From contig NC_068981.1 of assembly GCF_001194135.2 (NCBI RefSeq), positions 129,476,036 to 129,533,425 of the forward strand: a stretch of DNA of 57,390 bases, given 5' to 3'. The translations under genes were made by a program, and so were the position numbers. Shown here piece after piece: positions 13,178 through 26,503 of the stretch. Numbering within the stretch: the stretch's first letter is position 1; the number at the start of each line of letters is the position of its first letter. The notes under the pieces are model-generated. The model saw nothing but the letters and a program-made list of their open reading frames with translations, did no database searches and had not been told where the DNA came from. Origin of the DNA: Octopus bimaculoides. Its lineage: Eukaryota.

Positions 13178-13883
13178 ATGGAGATGATGGCTATCTCATG
13201 AGCATGTGGTTATGTTCCATGCTCACTAGATAATCATCATTTTCATTGAATGTACAAAGCTATCTTGTTGTTTATGTTTCACTTGCTGCATGATAACCTT
13301 TAACATTTAGTAGTCAAATATTGTCAATAAATTATGTAACATCAATGTAAATAGCTAGTGAATATACATTTTCAAGAAACTGCAAATCTGAACATACAAT
13401 AACCATGTTTGTAATTTTATATTTTATGGTTGCATCAACAAAAGTTTTAATAAGATGTTTTATGTAAAAAATGATAGGAGAATAATTTAAGACAAAACAA
13501 GCTTTATTTAAATTTCAGATAATTAAGAATATTCACAAGTCATGAAGGGAGTGTACAAAAAATAAAAAAGTAACAGAATACTCCCATTGATTGAAAACAA
13601 AGTTTAAATCATAATATACATGAGATATATATGAAAGAATCTAAACAAACATGAAAATTTCATTATATCATTTAGTGTCTGCTTTCCACACACATATATA
13701 CACATGAATAATATAAGATGTGGATTCAGAGAATTGTGCAGCTATCACAGAAAGCTCCTGTTATGGACTCAGCTATCAGTCTACATAGCAATCGATTAGA
13801 AAGAAATATAATGTAGTGTCTATGTAAATGAAAATTCAGAAGATCTGCTTGATGAAATTATTTCATGAAGAGAAAATAAAGTT

Positions 13884-14153
13884 ATAAAGTCAGGAGATAT
13901 GAGAGGTGAATATATATATTTATTTAACCATGTGACTTCCAAAGGGTTATGGCTGTTTCACAACCATCTTTATGTAGTATTAATTTAAGTGTGGAAGAAA
14001 TTAGTGTACATGTTTGCATTAATAAGTATGCTCAGCATTATATAATACAATCGCATATTTATAAATTATTGCAAATAAAGAGAGCTAGCTCATTGGATCA
14101 CTGGAACATCATGTTTACACCAACAATTCAACTCTAAATATACACACAAAATT
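13884..14153. repeat. ~270-bp inverted duplication, left arm
   Basis: Aligns by eye to the reverse complement of 15357-15626 at roughly 75-85% identity. Confidence 0.85.
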
Positions 14154-14978
14154 TCCTCTTTATATACACAATGGAAGGCTGAAACTGGACAAAGATTAAT
14201 TTGGTCAGTAAAAGTAAAGATATATCCTTTCATATCAATTAAGTTAAAGCACTAGATGGAAATTTAAGGAATTGACTATGCTTAATGTTAACAAAAAAGA
14301 AAAGAGGAAGTAAAAATAAATAACATAAAAAGAATATAAAAAAACTAATAATATAAATGAATTTTTTAGATCAATTATGTAGATGAGTAAGTGGGGAACA
14401 AAACAGCTGGAAATTTAAAGATTCCACAGAAATTGTGGATGAATGGCAGGTCAAGTAAAACCAAGAAATGGTATTCAACAAAAGTAAATTTCAATACAGG
14501 GTTAACAAAGTCACAAAACCTCACAGAAGGCATTTGAACCTTCATGAATTTTACACATTCTAACTACACCTCAAACATACTTTCCAGCACAGTGAACTGG
14601 AGTCAAACAAAAACCATACACATGCATACATAGAAGCACATATATACATACACACATAAATATACATAGAAAACACACAGATTGATCCATTTATATATAT
14701 ATATATCTTCCTTTTTCTAATTCTCCTCCTCCTCTTTTCGTTTTTTTTTCTCTCTCATCCTTTCTCTAATTCTTTTCCTCTCCCCTTTGTTGTTCTCTGT
14801 CTGTCCCTCTCTCTCCCTCCTTCACTCTTCTGCCTTTGTTCTCTCGTTGCTTGCACATAACAATTCGCCATCTTTCTTTTCCTAACTTGAATTTCTTTCT
14901 TTCTGATCAGCCACAGGGATAAGATGCATTCTTGTCTATCTCCTGTCAGAGCTTGTTCCCCCGCGTTCATCAACTCAC

Positions 14979-15130
14979 CTTGTTCTGGCTTAACAGCCCT
15001 TTCTGTTTGTTTTCACTGTCCTGTTTTTGTTACTAACTTTGACTCTCTGCAAAATCCCAAATTTTATTTAATTTGCTTTGCAAGCGCAACTGTTTTGTCG
15101 AAAACGTATCTTGTCGTGAATTGCTTGAAA
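14979..15130 (-). promoter_or_regulatory. Probable non-coding first exon of an unidentified leftward transcript
   Basis: Consensus donor AAG|GTGAGT at 14979/14978, local CpG enrichment in otherwise CpG-poor DNA, no ATG in the exon. The 5' boundary is approximate. Confidence 0.45.
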
Positions 15131-15356
15131 TACGAAGTAGAAAAACAGCCAACAACTGATGATGGGTCATTTTTTTATGTTGCTTGTCTTGTTTTCCATT
15201 TGTTTCTTCTGTTGTTCACATAAAAAGTTCATATTCCATGTTTTCGTATTTCATGTTGTTTATATTCTGTGGTGTCCTGTACCCATATATGCATGTGTAT
15301 ATACATATGTATGCATATATATTTATATATTATTTATATTATATATATATATGAAA

Positions 15357-15626
15357 AAATTTTGTGCATATTTAGAGTTGAATAGTTGGTTGGTGCAACC
15401 ATTATTCCAGTGACCTGATGAGCTAGCTTTTTTTATTTGCACTAGTTTGTGAATATACAATTGTATTGTATAATGTTGGACATACATATTAAAGCAAACA
15501 TGTATGCATACTTCCTTTCACACTGAAATCAATACTACATGAAGAAGGTTGTGAAACAACCATAAGCCAATGGAAATCACATGGGTAAATAAATATATAT
15601 TCACCTCTCATATCTTCTGAATTTAT
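15357..15626. repeat. ~270-bp inverted duplication, right arm (distal zinc-finger 3' UTR region)
   Basis: Partner of 13884-14153; carries a minus-strand AATAAA at 15437-15432. Confidence 0.85.
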
Positions 15627-16099
15627 GGTTTTATATATGAATATATATAAGATCTCATTCATATATCCTATTATGGTATGCTGAAATACATTTTAAGGTT
15701 TGTGTATTTATTCATAATATAATAATTGTACAGTGATCTTAAATCTGATATATGAAAATACATTTCTCAACTACTTACAATGTCAAATAAATCAATATTA
15801 TTTCTTCCCCTTCTGGAAATGTTTTAAGTAAAATATAGATTATTTTGAAAAATGCTTTAATTAAAAATATCACAATGATAAGCGATGAATGTAAATGATG
15901 TAAAAATATAGTTATGGAAAGTTATTATTACACTGTTAAATGTTCTTCCTTTTGTATTTACATTTATGGTTATGTAAAAAATATTTTTTCAAGGGGTGAT
16001 TTTCGACAGTGGTATTCTCCTGTTTTCATACATATATGTATAGTTAGGGGACTTCTTTTTCTGAGAAAATGACTTACCACAGATATCAGTCACATGTCT

Positions 16100-16663
<564 letters not shown>

Positions 16664-17383
16664 TTATTTCTTCTATATTTCTATGAATTGTTATCTTTTC
16701 TAATATCTGAAGAGGTTGCACACTCTTTTGCAAATTTGTTCAAGATTAATTAGAATGCAAAACCAGCTTGTACATATTTCAGATAATGAAATACTGAAAT
16801 TTTGCTATTACTTAGCTTTTCAGAAAATATTTCACAGTAATTCTACCATAGATTTATATGAATAAAGTTATATCTGTTCTTTAAAAGATGATAAATATTG
16901 TTGAAGTATCTGAATTAAAAAAGTTCTTTACTGCAAATGTCTTCTGATAATCTGAAATAAAAGAGAAAATGTATAACATTTAAAGGATGCTTAAAAAGTA
17001 GAGAAGCAATAAAATTTTTATTGTATTTCTATATTGATAGACCTTAGGTAAAAACTTATCTGAATAATCAAATATTATTTAATTTGTTATTAAATTTCAT
17101 TATTACAATCTTATTCAGACAGTGTAAAAATTATAAGCTAAATAACAAAACAGTAGAAGCTAAAATTATTCTCTCTCAGAAATGGTATTGCTTGGTTCTT
17201 TAGCCCAAGATCAGATCTAACTTAGTAGATCATGCTACAAATTTTAGGACAGATCAAACAAAAAGAAACATCATATTGATAAAAAGATTGAGTGAAAAAA
17301 CCCCTGTTCTTTCTAACATTGTGCACTCCCCACTAATTAGCCTCTTAATTCCCCTACTATGCAAGTTGATTTCCCTTCCTTTT

Positions 17384-17432
<49 letters not shown>

Positions 17433-17755
17433 CCTGTTACTTATATAAAACTTACTTTCTTATTTGTCTACACACTCCTCTCTAATATACACATTTTAAT
17501 TTCAATAAATATTTTAAAACTAGCCATGGGTTGTGCAACACCATAATATTTTATAACATGACAAAAATCCATTTCCCCATTATGATCCTTGATTATTTAT
17601 ATTGAGTAATCTTAATAGTTATGAATTTACCATCTTTGCTGGGTGAGCAGTAATGACCTTGTATACCTAGAAAAAACATCTCTACAACACTGATAATCAA
17701 AGATGGTGACAGAATTCAATTCATATTCTGTCTAGTTCATTTGAATATAGTTCAA

Positions 17756-17903
17756 CATTATTAACAATTGACGAATATTTGTCCTCATCTTGTTTGTTGT
17801 TAACACGATGTTTTGGCTGATATACCCTCCAGCCTTTGTCAGGTGTCTTGGGGAAATTTTGAACCTGAGGTTCTCATTCCTAAGGTATTTCTCGATGTTG
17901 TTG

Positions 17904-17942
<39 letters not shown>

Positions 17943-17955
17943 TCACTGTCTGGAA
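17756..17955 (-). mobile_element. SINE with internal (TAA)n, head-truncated copy
   Basis: Reverse complement of the body at 18023-18203. Confidence 0.8.
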
Positions 17956-17964
17956 TATGCCCAC

Positions 17965-18236
17965 GGGCATATGGCATAGTGGTTAAGAGCGCAGGCTACT
18001 AACCCCAAGATTCCGAGTTCGATTCCCGGCAGTAACCTGAATAATAATAATAATAATAACGATAACATCGAAAAATACCTTAGGAATGAGAACCAAGGTT
18101 CAAAATTTCCCCAAAACATCTGATAAAGGCTGGAGGGTATATCAGCCGAAACGTGTTAACAACAAACAAGATGAGGACAAATATCCGTCAATTGTAAATA
18201 ATGTACATAATTCCTCATCTCTTAAATATAGAACTG
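17965..18236 (+). mobile_element. Full-length tRNA-derived SINE with internal (TAA)n
   Basis: A-box tggcatagtgg, B-box gagttcgattcc, (AAT)n, tail ending cttaaatatagaactg. Confidence 0.85.
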
Positions 18237-21000
18237 CATAGTTCAACATGCTGGTGGTTCACTGAGTTCAAGAAGAAGATGCTGTCTGTCAAGGTGAAAG
18301 TGAGATCCTAAAAGTATTATGCTTAAGTCTATACACTTTCTGGACTCTGCATCTGCACCCAATCTGGCCTTATCATGCCTCCTTCCACACCTCTCAGCCT
18401 CCTTCAAACTATGGCACAATTCAGTTACTGTAGTCATATAAAAGGAGGAACTGCACATATTTCATCCTTTTTAGTGCTACCAGTTATATCCCCTTCTCCC
18501 TGGAAGCACTTCCTTTTAACATACCACCCTCATTCTCAATATCATCCCTTCCAACTTTATTTTCCATTGATCCCCACTTTCTGTGCTTCTAGTTATCTCT
18601 CCTTAGAACTACATCTCATGACTGCATACCTTATCTTTAACATCTTCTTATGTCTGCCACTGACACATCCCACTTTTGTACCCCCACCCCACCACTCATT
18701 ATAGCCACTCCTACATACCTCTGACTGTCATCTCTGTCACTGTATATGTCTTTCCTCCACTCTCTCTATTTTCTGATTTATCTACAGGTGTCTTAAACTG
18801 CTGCTCTTTGCTTTCCTATATGGCCACTTATCAACTTCTTCCTGAACCACTCCTATTTCTTTCCCCTCCCCTCTCCAAATTGATATTTACTGTTAATATT
18901 TCTACCCTTGTTCACACCATTTGCCTGTATACTCTCTTATGCCATAAGAGTATGCTCTGGTATCTTGTCACTACCAACCTTATCCTGTTTCCAGTTATTC
19001 TCACCTTCATATAATGCAGAGTAGCCATGCATCTCCTCTATAGCAAGACACCTGCACGTGTCTCCCTATCATACTTTAGCCTTTCAACACTTGGTATAAA
19101 GTCACTTCCTTTTCTATTACAACCCCACTCAGCTAAGGCGCTTTCTGTCTTTGTCTTGCAAGTTACTTGGCAATCTCAATGGTGTAGGTATCAAAAAAGA
19201 AGCACCCATTACGATCTGTAAAATGGTTGGTATTTGGAAGGGCATCCAGTCATAGAAACCATACCCAAAACATACACTAGAGCTCGATGTAGTCCTCAGG
19301 CTCATTGAATCCTGTCAAAGTATTCAACCCTTGTCAGCGTGAAAACGAACGTTAACTGATAACGATGATGATGATATATGTGTATGTAATGTATTGAATA
19401 TACAACTGTTCTAGTTTTATCTCTTTTATCAAGGATATTTCACATTTCTGTATAGCCTTGAGGGTTTTTTAACAACAGTAAACTTCTGAAATCCTTCAAC
19501 ATTTCAAAACTTTCATAGTACCATCATCAGAGTGAAGTAATGTTTGCATGTGTTCCATGGCATTCTTTTCTTCTTTCAGTCATTTGTCTGCGGCCATGCT
19601 GGAGCACTGCCTTAAAGGGTTTTAGAAGAATATGCGTGCATATTGCTTTATGAATACAAACACATTACTCTAAATCTATATCATATGTGATGTGGACATG
19701 CGATATTAAAAAATATGCAACTACATATACACGAGTACATACGATATATGAAGGTTATGTTGCACTGCAATTGAGAAAGACGAAACTTTTCAAACTGTTA
19801 GCCAGACATCGATATGATATTATATTCTCCACCACATAATCTGAAACTGGAGATTAAACAGAGTGAAATAAGATAGAAATATTCATTAGTGAGAAGATGG
19901 GAAAGACTTCCTCCTGTCCCTCCCCATATTCTCGCAAATTATTGTTTTTTTTTTTTTTTTTTTTTTTTNNNNNNNNNNNNNNNNNNNNNNNNNNNNNNNN
20001 NNNNNNNNNNNNNNNNNNNNNNNNNNNNNNNNNNNNNNNNNNNNNNNNNNNNNNNNNNNNNNNNNNNNNNNNNNNNNNNNNNNNNNNNNNNNNNNNNNNN
20101 NNNNNNNNNNNNNNNNNNNNNNNNNNNNNNNNNNNNNNNNNNNNNNNNNNNNNNNNNNNNNNNNNNNNNNNNNNNNNNNNNNNNNNNNNNNNNNNNNNNN
20201 NNNNNNNNNNNNNNNNNNNNNNNNNNNNNNNNNNNNNNNNNNNNGTGTAATTTCAAAATGCCGATTTTTGCCAATTTTTTTTGCAGATTCGTATTCTCTG
20301 TAGCCGTAAACACTCACAACGCCCGGTCTGGGAATCGAAACCGCGATCCTATGACCATAGAATTTTTTTTTTTTTTAAAGGGGGTTTGGGGGAGGTACAA
20401 AAGGAAGTCTTGTCGCGAAGAAGTACCAGTTATTTTTAAAAGTTCCTTCATTAACCGTTCCTTTTGTAAAACTAAAACTTCCTCGTAATCAGCATATGAA
20501 ATGTTAAATAGCCGTATTATGGTGCGAGAAACGCTGTTTTGAGTGACACCTGGTCCGTTTTAAGAATACCCAGGTAGAAATATACAAGAAAAGAGCGCGA
20601 AAGACAATACGTTCGTTCACAGAAACTATCTTGTCATTAGATTTCTATGCAATTAGACATCTTAATTTAGAGAGTGGGTTAAAATAAATATGTTGATTTG
20701 TCTTGGCGGTTAATCTTTACATCTATTTAATCATTTCAGACAATACGGTAAAAGAATAATGTGAAGTCCATGCGGATTTATTACCGATTTTTCACTCACT
20801 CAATCTGAAATTTATTTAATATTGCATTTAATTGTTAAGCGTGAGTTTTAAAAAATACAATCAATATATGAGTTCAGAAACATTAGAAGTCAGAATATCA
20901 AAAAATGAAAATATTGTATCTGCGAATGAGGGGGGGGGGGAATGCATAGTTCTATCATTTACACCATTATAACGGCTTTAAAATAAATCTGGCAACTTAC

Positions 21001-21250
21001 CGTTCTCAGATGTAAACAATGGTTGTGCTTTTTTAATGAAGGACTGGTAAAGAAAGAATCGATCAAATTGTTAGATTTTGAGTTTCGAAGGCTTTAACAC
21101 CTTAATTCTTTGACATGAAATTCATGTACCAGCTCTAGTTCCCTTTGTAGCTGCGTAATAATTTTTTTTCTGACGATGCTTAGGTATTTTGCTTAGGGGA
21201 TTTTTCTGGGTGCGACCGACTTTCAGTATTAGTTGTAGCTGTTAGACATA
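21001..21250 (-). promoter_or_regulatory. Probable non-coding first exon and promoter of the zinc-finger gene
   Basis: Strong donor ACG|GTAAGT at 21001/21000, locally CpG-rich sequence at about 21170-21290, and the 16951 acceptor is a plausible splice partner. The 5' boundary is approximate. Confidence 0.45.
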
Positions 21251-21302
21251 AAGGGACGTAACTTGTCGCACTAACCACGTCTAGCTTTAGTTTGTTTTTA
21301 GA

Positions 21303-21683
21303 TTTGTTACCTCCGCCAAGGAAGGAGGTTATGTTTTCATTGGTGTTGGTTTGTCCGTCTGTGTGCAAAATAACTCAAAAAAATGTCCACGGTATTTGAT
21401 GAAACTAGCAGGAAAAGTTGGTAATGACACAAGGAAGAGATGATGGAATTTTGGTTGTGATCCGAGAATTTTTATGGATTCTTGAAGGATTTTTCATTTG
21501 TTATATTTACTTCAAATGAAGTATTACAATGTTACGTTCTTTGATTATCTCCCTTGAAAACACGTTCATCGTTTCCACGTAACCTATGGTGGCGTTGCTG
21601 ATTCCAAAGTTTATTTTCGTTTCTCTATTAGTAATTTTACTCGCGTATCTATCTTAAAATGAACTGCTTAGCGGTGGTCTGTG
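21303..21683 (+). mobile_element. Helentron-associated / DINE-1-like non-autonomous element
   Basis: 5' subterminal acctccgccaag (21309-21320), GTCCGTCTGT microsatellite, and a same-element inverted copy cttagcggtggt at 21667-21678; this is the asymmetric subTIR layout of these elements. Confidence 0.6.
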
Positions 21684-21684
21684 A

Positions 21685-22165
21685 AGGATGACATGACAAG
21701 CCTTGACTATTGGGATCGACTCAAAAAGCTCAGGCTTTGCTCTTTCCACCGCCGCTGTGAGCTCTATATCTTCTGTATGATGTAGAAAATATTCCATCAA
21801 CATTGCTCATCTTTAAGATTCGTCCGAGGCTTAGCCCCTGTGCCATCCATCCACTACAGAAATGTTTGTGTCGTATCACAACACTATGACAGAATTATTT
21901 CACCTCAATTGGCCCTGCTCTCTTCAACATCGTGCCAGACACACATAAAGGAGGAAAGTGACTTCACGGCATTCAAACGATCCCTAGATGATTACCCCCA
22001 ACAAATACCAGATAAACCACCCACACCCAGATATGTCTCTGAAAACAATAACCCTCTGCTTGAATGGGCTACGGTTCCCCAGGGCTGACTGTGTATCTCT
22101 TCCAGGTGGTTCTATTAAATTAGACATGGCCTGAGTCAACTTCAGCCGAAGTAATCTAATCTATG
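21685..22165 (+). mobile_element. 5'-truncated CR1-clade LINE 3' end
   Basis: Reads MTSLDYWDRLKKLRLCSFHRRCELY, matching the CR1 'YxERLxxLxLxSLxxRR' motif; short (TAATC)n tail near 22152. Confidence 0.7.
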
Positions 22166-22414
22166 CTGTAACCTATTAATCAAAGCATGACAACGTGGGT
22201 AGAGGCTGATATCTTAACATTTCTGATGGTCTTAAGTATAAAAATATCATTAAAGATTTATATAGAACTACATTCAGAGTATGTCTATAAGCTATTGTAT
22301 TTAGACCTGGTTTCTATCCTCAAACTGTTCCATTTTGAAGATGCATTTTTTTTTATAAAGAACACTAGGATAATTTCTGACTCTATTTAATAGGAACTCC
22401 AATTATATATAATA

Positions 22415-22586
22415 CAGTTCTATATTTAAGAGATGAGGAATTATGCACATTATTTACATTTGACGGATATTTGTCTTCATCTTGTTTGCTGTTAACACAA
22501 CGTTTCAGCTGATATACCCTCCAGCCTTCATCAGGTGTCTTGGGGAAATTTTGAACCTGGGTTCTCATTCCTAAGGTACTTTTTGA

Positions 22587-22617
<31 letters not shown>

Positions 22618-22697
22618 GTTATTCAGGTCACTGCCTAGAATCGAACTCAGAATCTTGGGGTTAGTAGCCCATGCTCTTAACCACTACGCCATATGCC
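22415..22697 (-). mobile_element. Third, full-length copy of the (TAA)n SINE
   Basis: Colinear with 17965-18236 on the opposite strand. Confidence 0.85.
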
Positions 22698-23532
22698 AAT
22701 TATATATATTTCACCAGTAGCTAATGCATTTTGTATGCAACCTCTGTTCACCCGTGAACAAAGAAATAAAGAGGAAATGGCATACCCATTTCAAATAAAC
22801 TGTATAGTGTTAGTTTGATTAGAATCAGGGATGATGTTGAACCACTTTTGCATAAATGCAAAAACTCAAATCATGAAGATTACTGATAATTGATATAAGG
22901 GTGGATGGGGCACAACGAATAAGATTTAATGCATTTTTGACTTTGAAAAACAAATTTTTTTACAAATGTTCATTACCTTACAAAAACTATACCAGCTAAG
23001 CAAATGATCTTCCCTAAATGCATTAAAAACATTATAACATATTTCAGAAAATTATCACCCTTCTCTTTTGAGTAAAATGAGTAAGGCAGGATAAGGTAAA
23101 TTTGCTTCTTCAATTCTCCAGAATCACATTTGAGAAAAGACTCATACACATAAACATCCATCCTTAAACATCAGAAAGATCAGAAATGCAAAAAAATTTT
23201 TAAATATCTAGGTCAAATTGAAAGATGGTCATGGAAAAATGGTACATAATATGAAATTAGCAAAACTCAACTAAATCTAAAGACCCAATATAAAATATTC
23301 TCTATAGCTTCTCGATCTGCTGGAGTGATTCATTTCATGATATATTTAAGCACCATTACTCATTTTGCTCAATTTAGACATAATTATTTTGAAACTTGAA
23401 AATTATCAAATTAGACTTTAATGTGGGAAAAATTGACTTGGAATCCAATAGGAAAGAAAGAGTATTAATTGTTAAGTAACAAAAATTATCTAGATATTTT
23501 ATTAGCAGCCTCAGTTGCAATCAGATCAAAGT

Positions 23533-23872
23533 TACTCTTTTACTTGTTTCAGTCATTTGACTATGGCCATGCTGGAGCACCACCTTTTAGTCGAGCTAAT
23601 CGACCCCAGGACTTATTCTTTGCAAGCCTAGTACTTATTCTATCGGTCTCTTTAGCAGAACCGTTAAGTTATGGGGACGTAAACACACCAGCATCGGTTG
23701 TCAAGCGATGTTGGGGGGACAAACACAGACACACAAACATATACACACACACATACATATATACGTATACATATATACGACGGGCTTCTTTCAGTTTCCG
23801 TCTACCAAATCCACTCACAAGGCTTTGGTTGGCCCGAGGCTATAGTAGAAGACACTTGCCCAAGGTGCCACG
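23533..23872 (-). mobile_element. tRNA-derived SINE with internal microsatellite and GAGTAAAA-type tail; head lost in a gap
   Basis: Shares ttttacttgtttcagtcatttgact...gaccccaggacttattctttg...ctaccaaatccactcacaaggctttgg with copies at 25915, 36590 and 55963. Confidence 0.8.
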
Positions 23873-25007
23873 NNNNNNNNNNNNNNNNNNNNNNNNNNNN
23901 NNNNNNNNNNNNNNNNNNNNNNNNNNNNNNNNNNNNNNNNNNNNNNNNNNNNNNNNNNNNNNNNNNNNNNNNNNNNNNNNNNNNNNNNNNNNNNNNNNNN
24001 NNNNNNNNNNNNNNNNNNNNNNNNNNNNNNNNNNNNNNNNNNNNNNNNNNNNNNNNNNNNNNNNNNNNNNNNNNNNNNNNNNNNNNNNNNNNNNNNNNNN
24101 NNNNNNNNNNNNNNNNNNNNNNNNNNNNNNNNNNNNNNNNNNNNCTTAATGACATTTCATCCTCTTTACACTCTAAGGTCAGATTCTGCTGAGGTTGACT
24201 TTGTCTTTCATCTTTTCGGGACTGATAAAATATTAATCATTTGAACACTGGGACCAATGTAACTGACTTACCCACTCCCCTGAAATTGCTAGCCTTGTGC
24301 CAAAATTTAAAACCAATATATCACTGATAATTATTTTATCAACTCTGGTAAGATTTGAACTGAAAAACGTGATGCTAAAACAAAACAAACAAAAAAAAAA
24401 AAACAGGCTTTTTGCTTCAGAAAATTTTCGCAAAATGGGAGAAAGATTCTGAGATATTAACCTTCAGCCCCGTTTAACTGAATTTAGGTAATTTATAAAT
24501 ACTTTGGTGTAAGATGCCATTACACTATATTCCAAATTGAAATGTCTGCTAAGAAAAGTTGCTATAAGTTTGACAGAACTATGACACATCCTATTCGTTC
24601 TTATATACAATTCCCAAAACCTGTTACACCCAAAAATCTCAGATGGCCACTCTTTAACGAAGGAAATGGTAAAAAAGCTTTTGAAAAATTTTCGGCTGTG
24701 CTTAGAATATTTTTGTTGAAAAGTGCTTTGCATAATGTTTTCATTAATGTTGAAGCCTTCCTTCAGTCAAGTCACTTTTGCTTGACAGATGGAGAAATTT
24801 ATGAAACTATTGGTACTTACCTTCCTCATACAGTCAAGATTTTCTAAAATCTCTGTAAGGTGTGCAATGGAGCAAATCCAGTTAATATATAGTTTAATTC
24901 CCCGTCACCAAAACAAAAGAAAAAAAAACAATCTCATAGCTGTAAAAAAAATGTGTAGCAAACAAATATGAAAACAAAAATTTGTGCAAACAAACAGGAG
25001 GTGGGGA

Positions 25008-25293
25008 GAGGACTTTTGGAAAACTCACACAATCCAATTTTTCCCTCATAACTTTCAGGAAAATGGATATATATTAATGAAATTTTATAGAAATACCATT
25101 CAAATGGCATAGATTATGTTTATAAAGAATTTTGTGGGGAAAATGTTTTCCAAAGGAAAAGTGAGGACTTTTGGAAAATTCACATGATCTGATTTTTTCC
25201 TTCATAACTTTCAGGAAAATGGATATCTTTAATGAAATTTTACAGAAACACCTTTCAAACAGCATAGATTACAATTATAAAGAAATTTGTAGG
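25008..25293. repeat. Tandem duplication, period about 155 bp
   Basis: gaggacttttggaaaa...cataactttcaggaaaatggatat...gcatagatta begins at 25008 and again at 25163. Confidence 0.85.
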
Positions 25294-25914
25294 GAATTTT
25301 GATAACTTAACATGGATGTTATTAGATACAGTTCCAGCATGGGAACATGTAGAATCGTCTTGTCTAGTGTTAAAGAACAAAGGTATAAAAATTGACAGTA
25401 ACATTCTTTTCTGTCAGTGGTCAACATTTAGTATTTTTACATATTTTTCATTTCATATATTTTTTGCAACTCATTGACTCAGCTGTATTTATGATTTCAC
25501 TAGGTTAATTCTATTCATGAAAATTTAAATTAGGTGCATTTCTTAAACCGTTAGCTTCACATTTCAACAGCTCAACTGAAATTTAGCACATGTAACAAGA
25601 ACTGAGAGGAATATCGTGGAACAGAGGAACTGTGGGTGATATAGATAAGATGACATTATTTTTGAATTCTGCATGCAAAAACGTATAAGATACAGGTATT
25701 CTTTTCTTTGGGAAAAATTCTTTGTTGACCAGTGCTATTCTTATCATAGTTTACAAATCCAGGCATGAAAACATTACTCAACTTTGGATTTTGGAGACGG
25801 ATGCCCCCTTTTCACACACACACATGCACTTATACATTAATGATATACATAAATATATGGCAGGTATACATAATACTGAAGTACACATAAAGTAAACACA
25901 TGCAGACAAATATA

Positions 25915-26342
25915 TTTACTCTTTACTCTCTTTTACTCTTTTACTTGTTTCAGTCATTTGACTGTGGCCATGCTGGAGCACCGCCTTTAGTCAAGCAAAT
26001 CGACCCCAGGACTTATTCTTTGTAAGCCTAGTACTTATTCTACCGGTCTCTTTTGCCGAACTGCTAAGTTATGGGGACGTAAACACATCAGCATCGGTTG
26101 TCAAGCAATGTTGGGGGGACNNNNNNNNNNNNNNNNNNNNNNNNNNNNNNNNNNNNNNNNNNNNNNNNNNNNNNNNNNNNNNNNNNNNNNNNNNNNNNNN
26201 NNNNNNACATATATACGACGGGCTTCTTTCAGTTTCTGTCTACCAAATCCACTCACAAGGCTTTGGTCGGCCCAAGGCTATAGTAGAAGATACTTGCCCA
26301 TGCAGTTGGTAAGCAAGCTACTTACCACACAGCCACTCCTAG
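25915..26342 (-). mobile_element. Same SINE family, internal gap
   Basis: Near-identical blocks to 23533-23872; head ends accacacagccactcct. Confidence 0.8.
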
Positions 26343-26434
26343 GCCTATATAATATTTTTTTTTTTAAGTGATAAAAACATACAATCAATGAAGAGACAAA
26401 AGAAACAGTAAGAGGATACATGTTGATTTTATTT

Positions 26435-26503
26435 GGTATTTCTGTTTATTTAGAAACCTACAATGAAATTAGGTATTTCTGTTTATTTAGTAACCTACAA
26501 TGA
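26435..26503. repeat. Tandem duplication, period 37 bp
   Basis: ggtatttctgtttatttag(a/t)aacctacaatgaa begins at 26435 and 26472. Confidence 0.85.

Noticed and set aside
17965-18035. tRNA-like sequences with A and B boxes (also 1404-1470 and 22625-22697)
   Set aside because: They are SINE heads continuous with repeat bodies and lack a convincing acceptor stem; not called as tRNA genes.
19886-20488. Long ORFs spanning N runs (also 23469-24192, 26098-26371, 35996-36511, 40605-41131 and most of 51355-52017)
   Set aside because: Their length is an artefact of assembly gaps (19969-20244, 23873-24144, 26121-26206, 36148-36358, 40693-40757, 51518-51788). Only 51859-52017 is a real exon.
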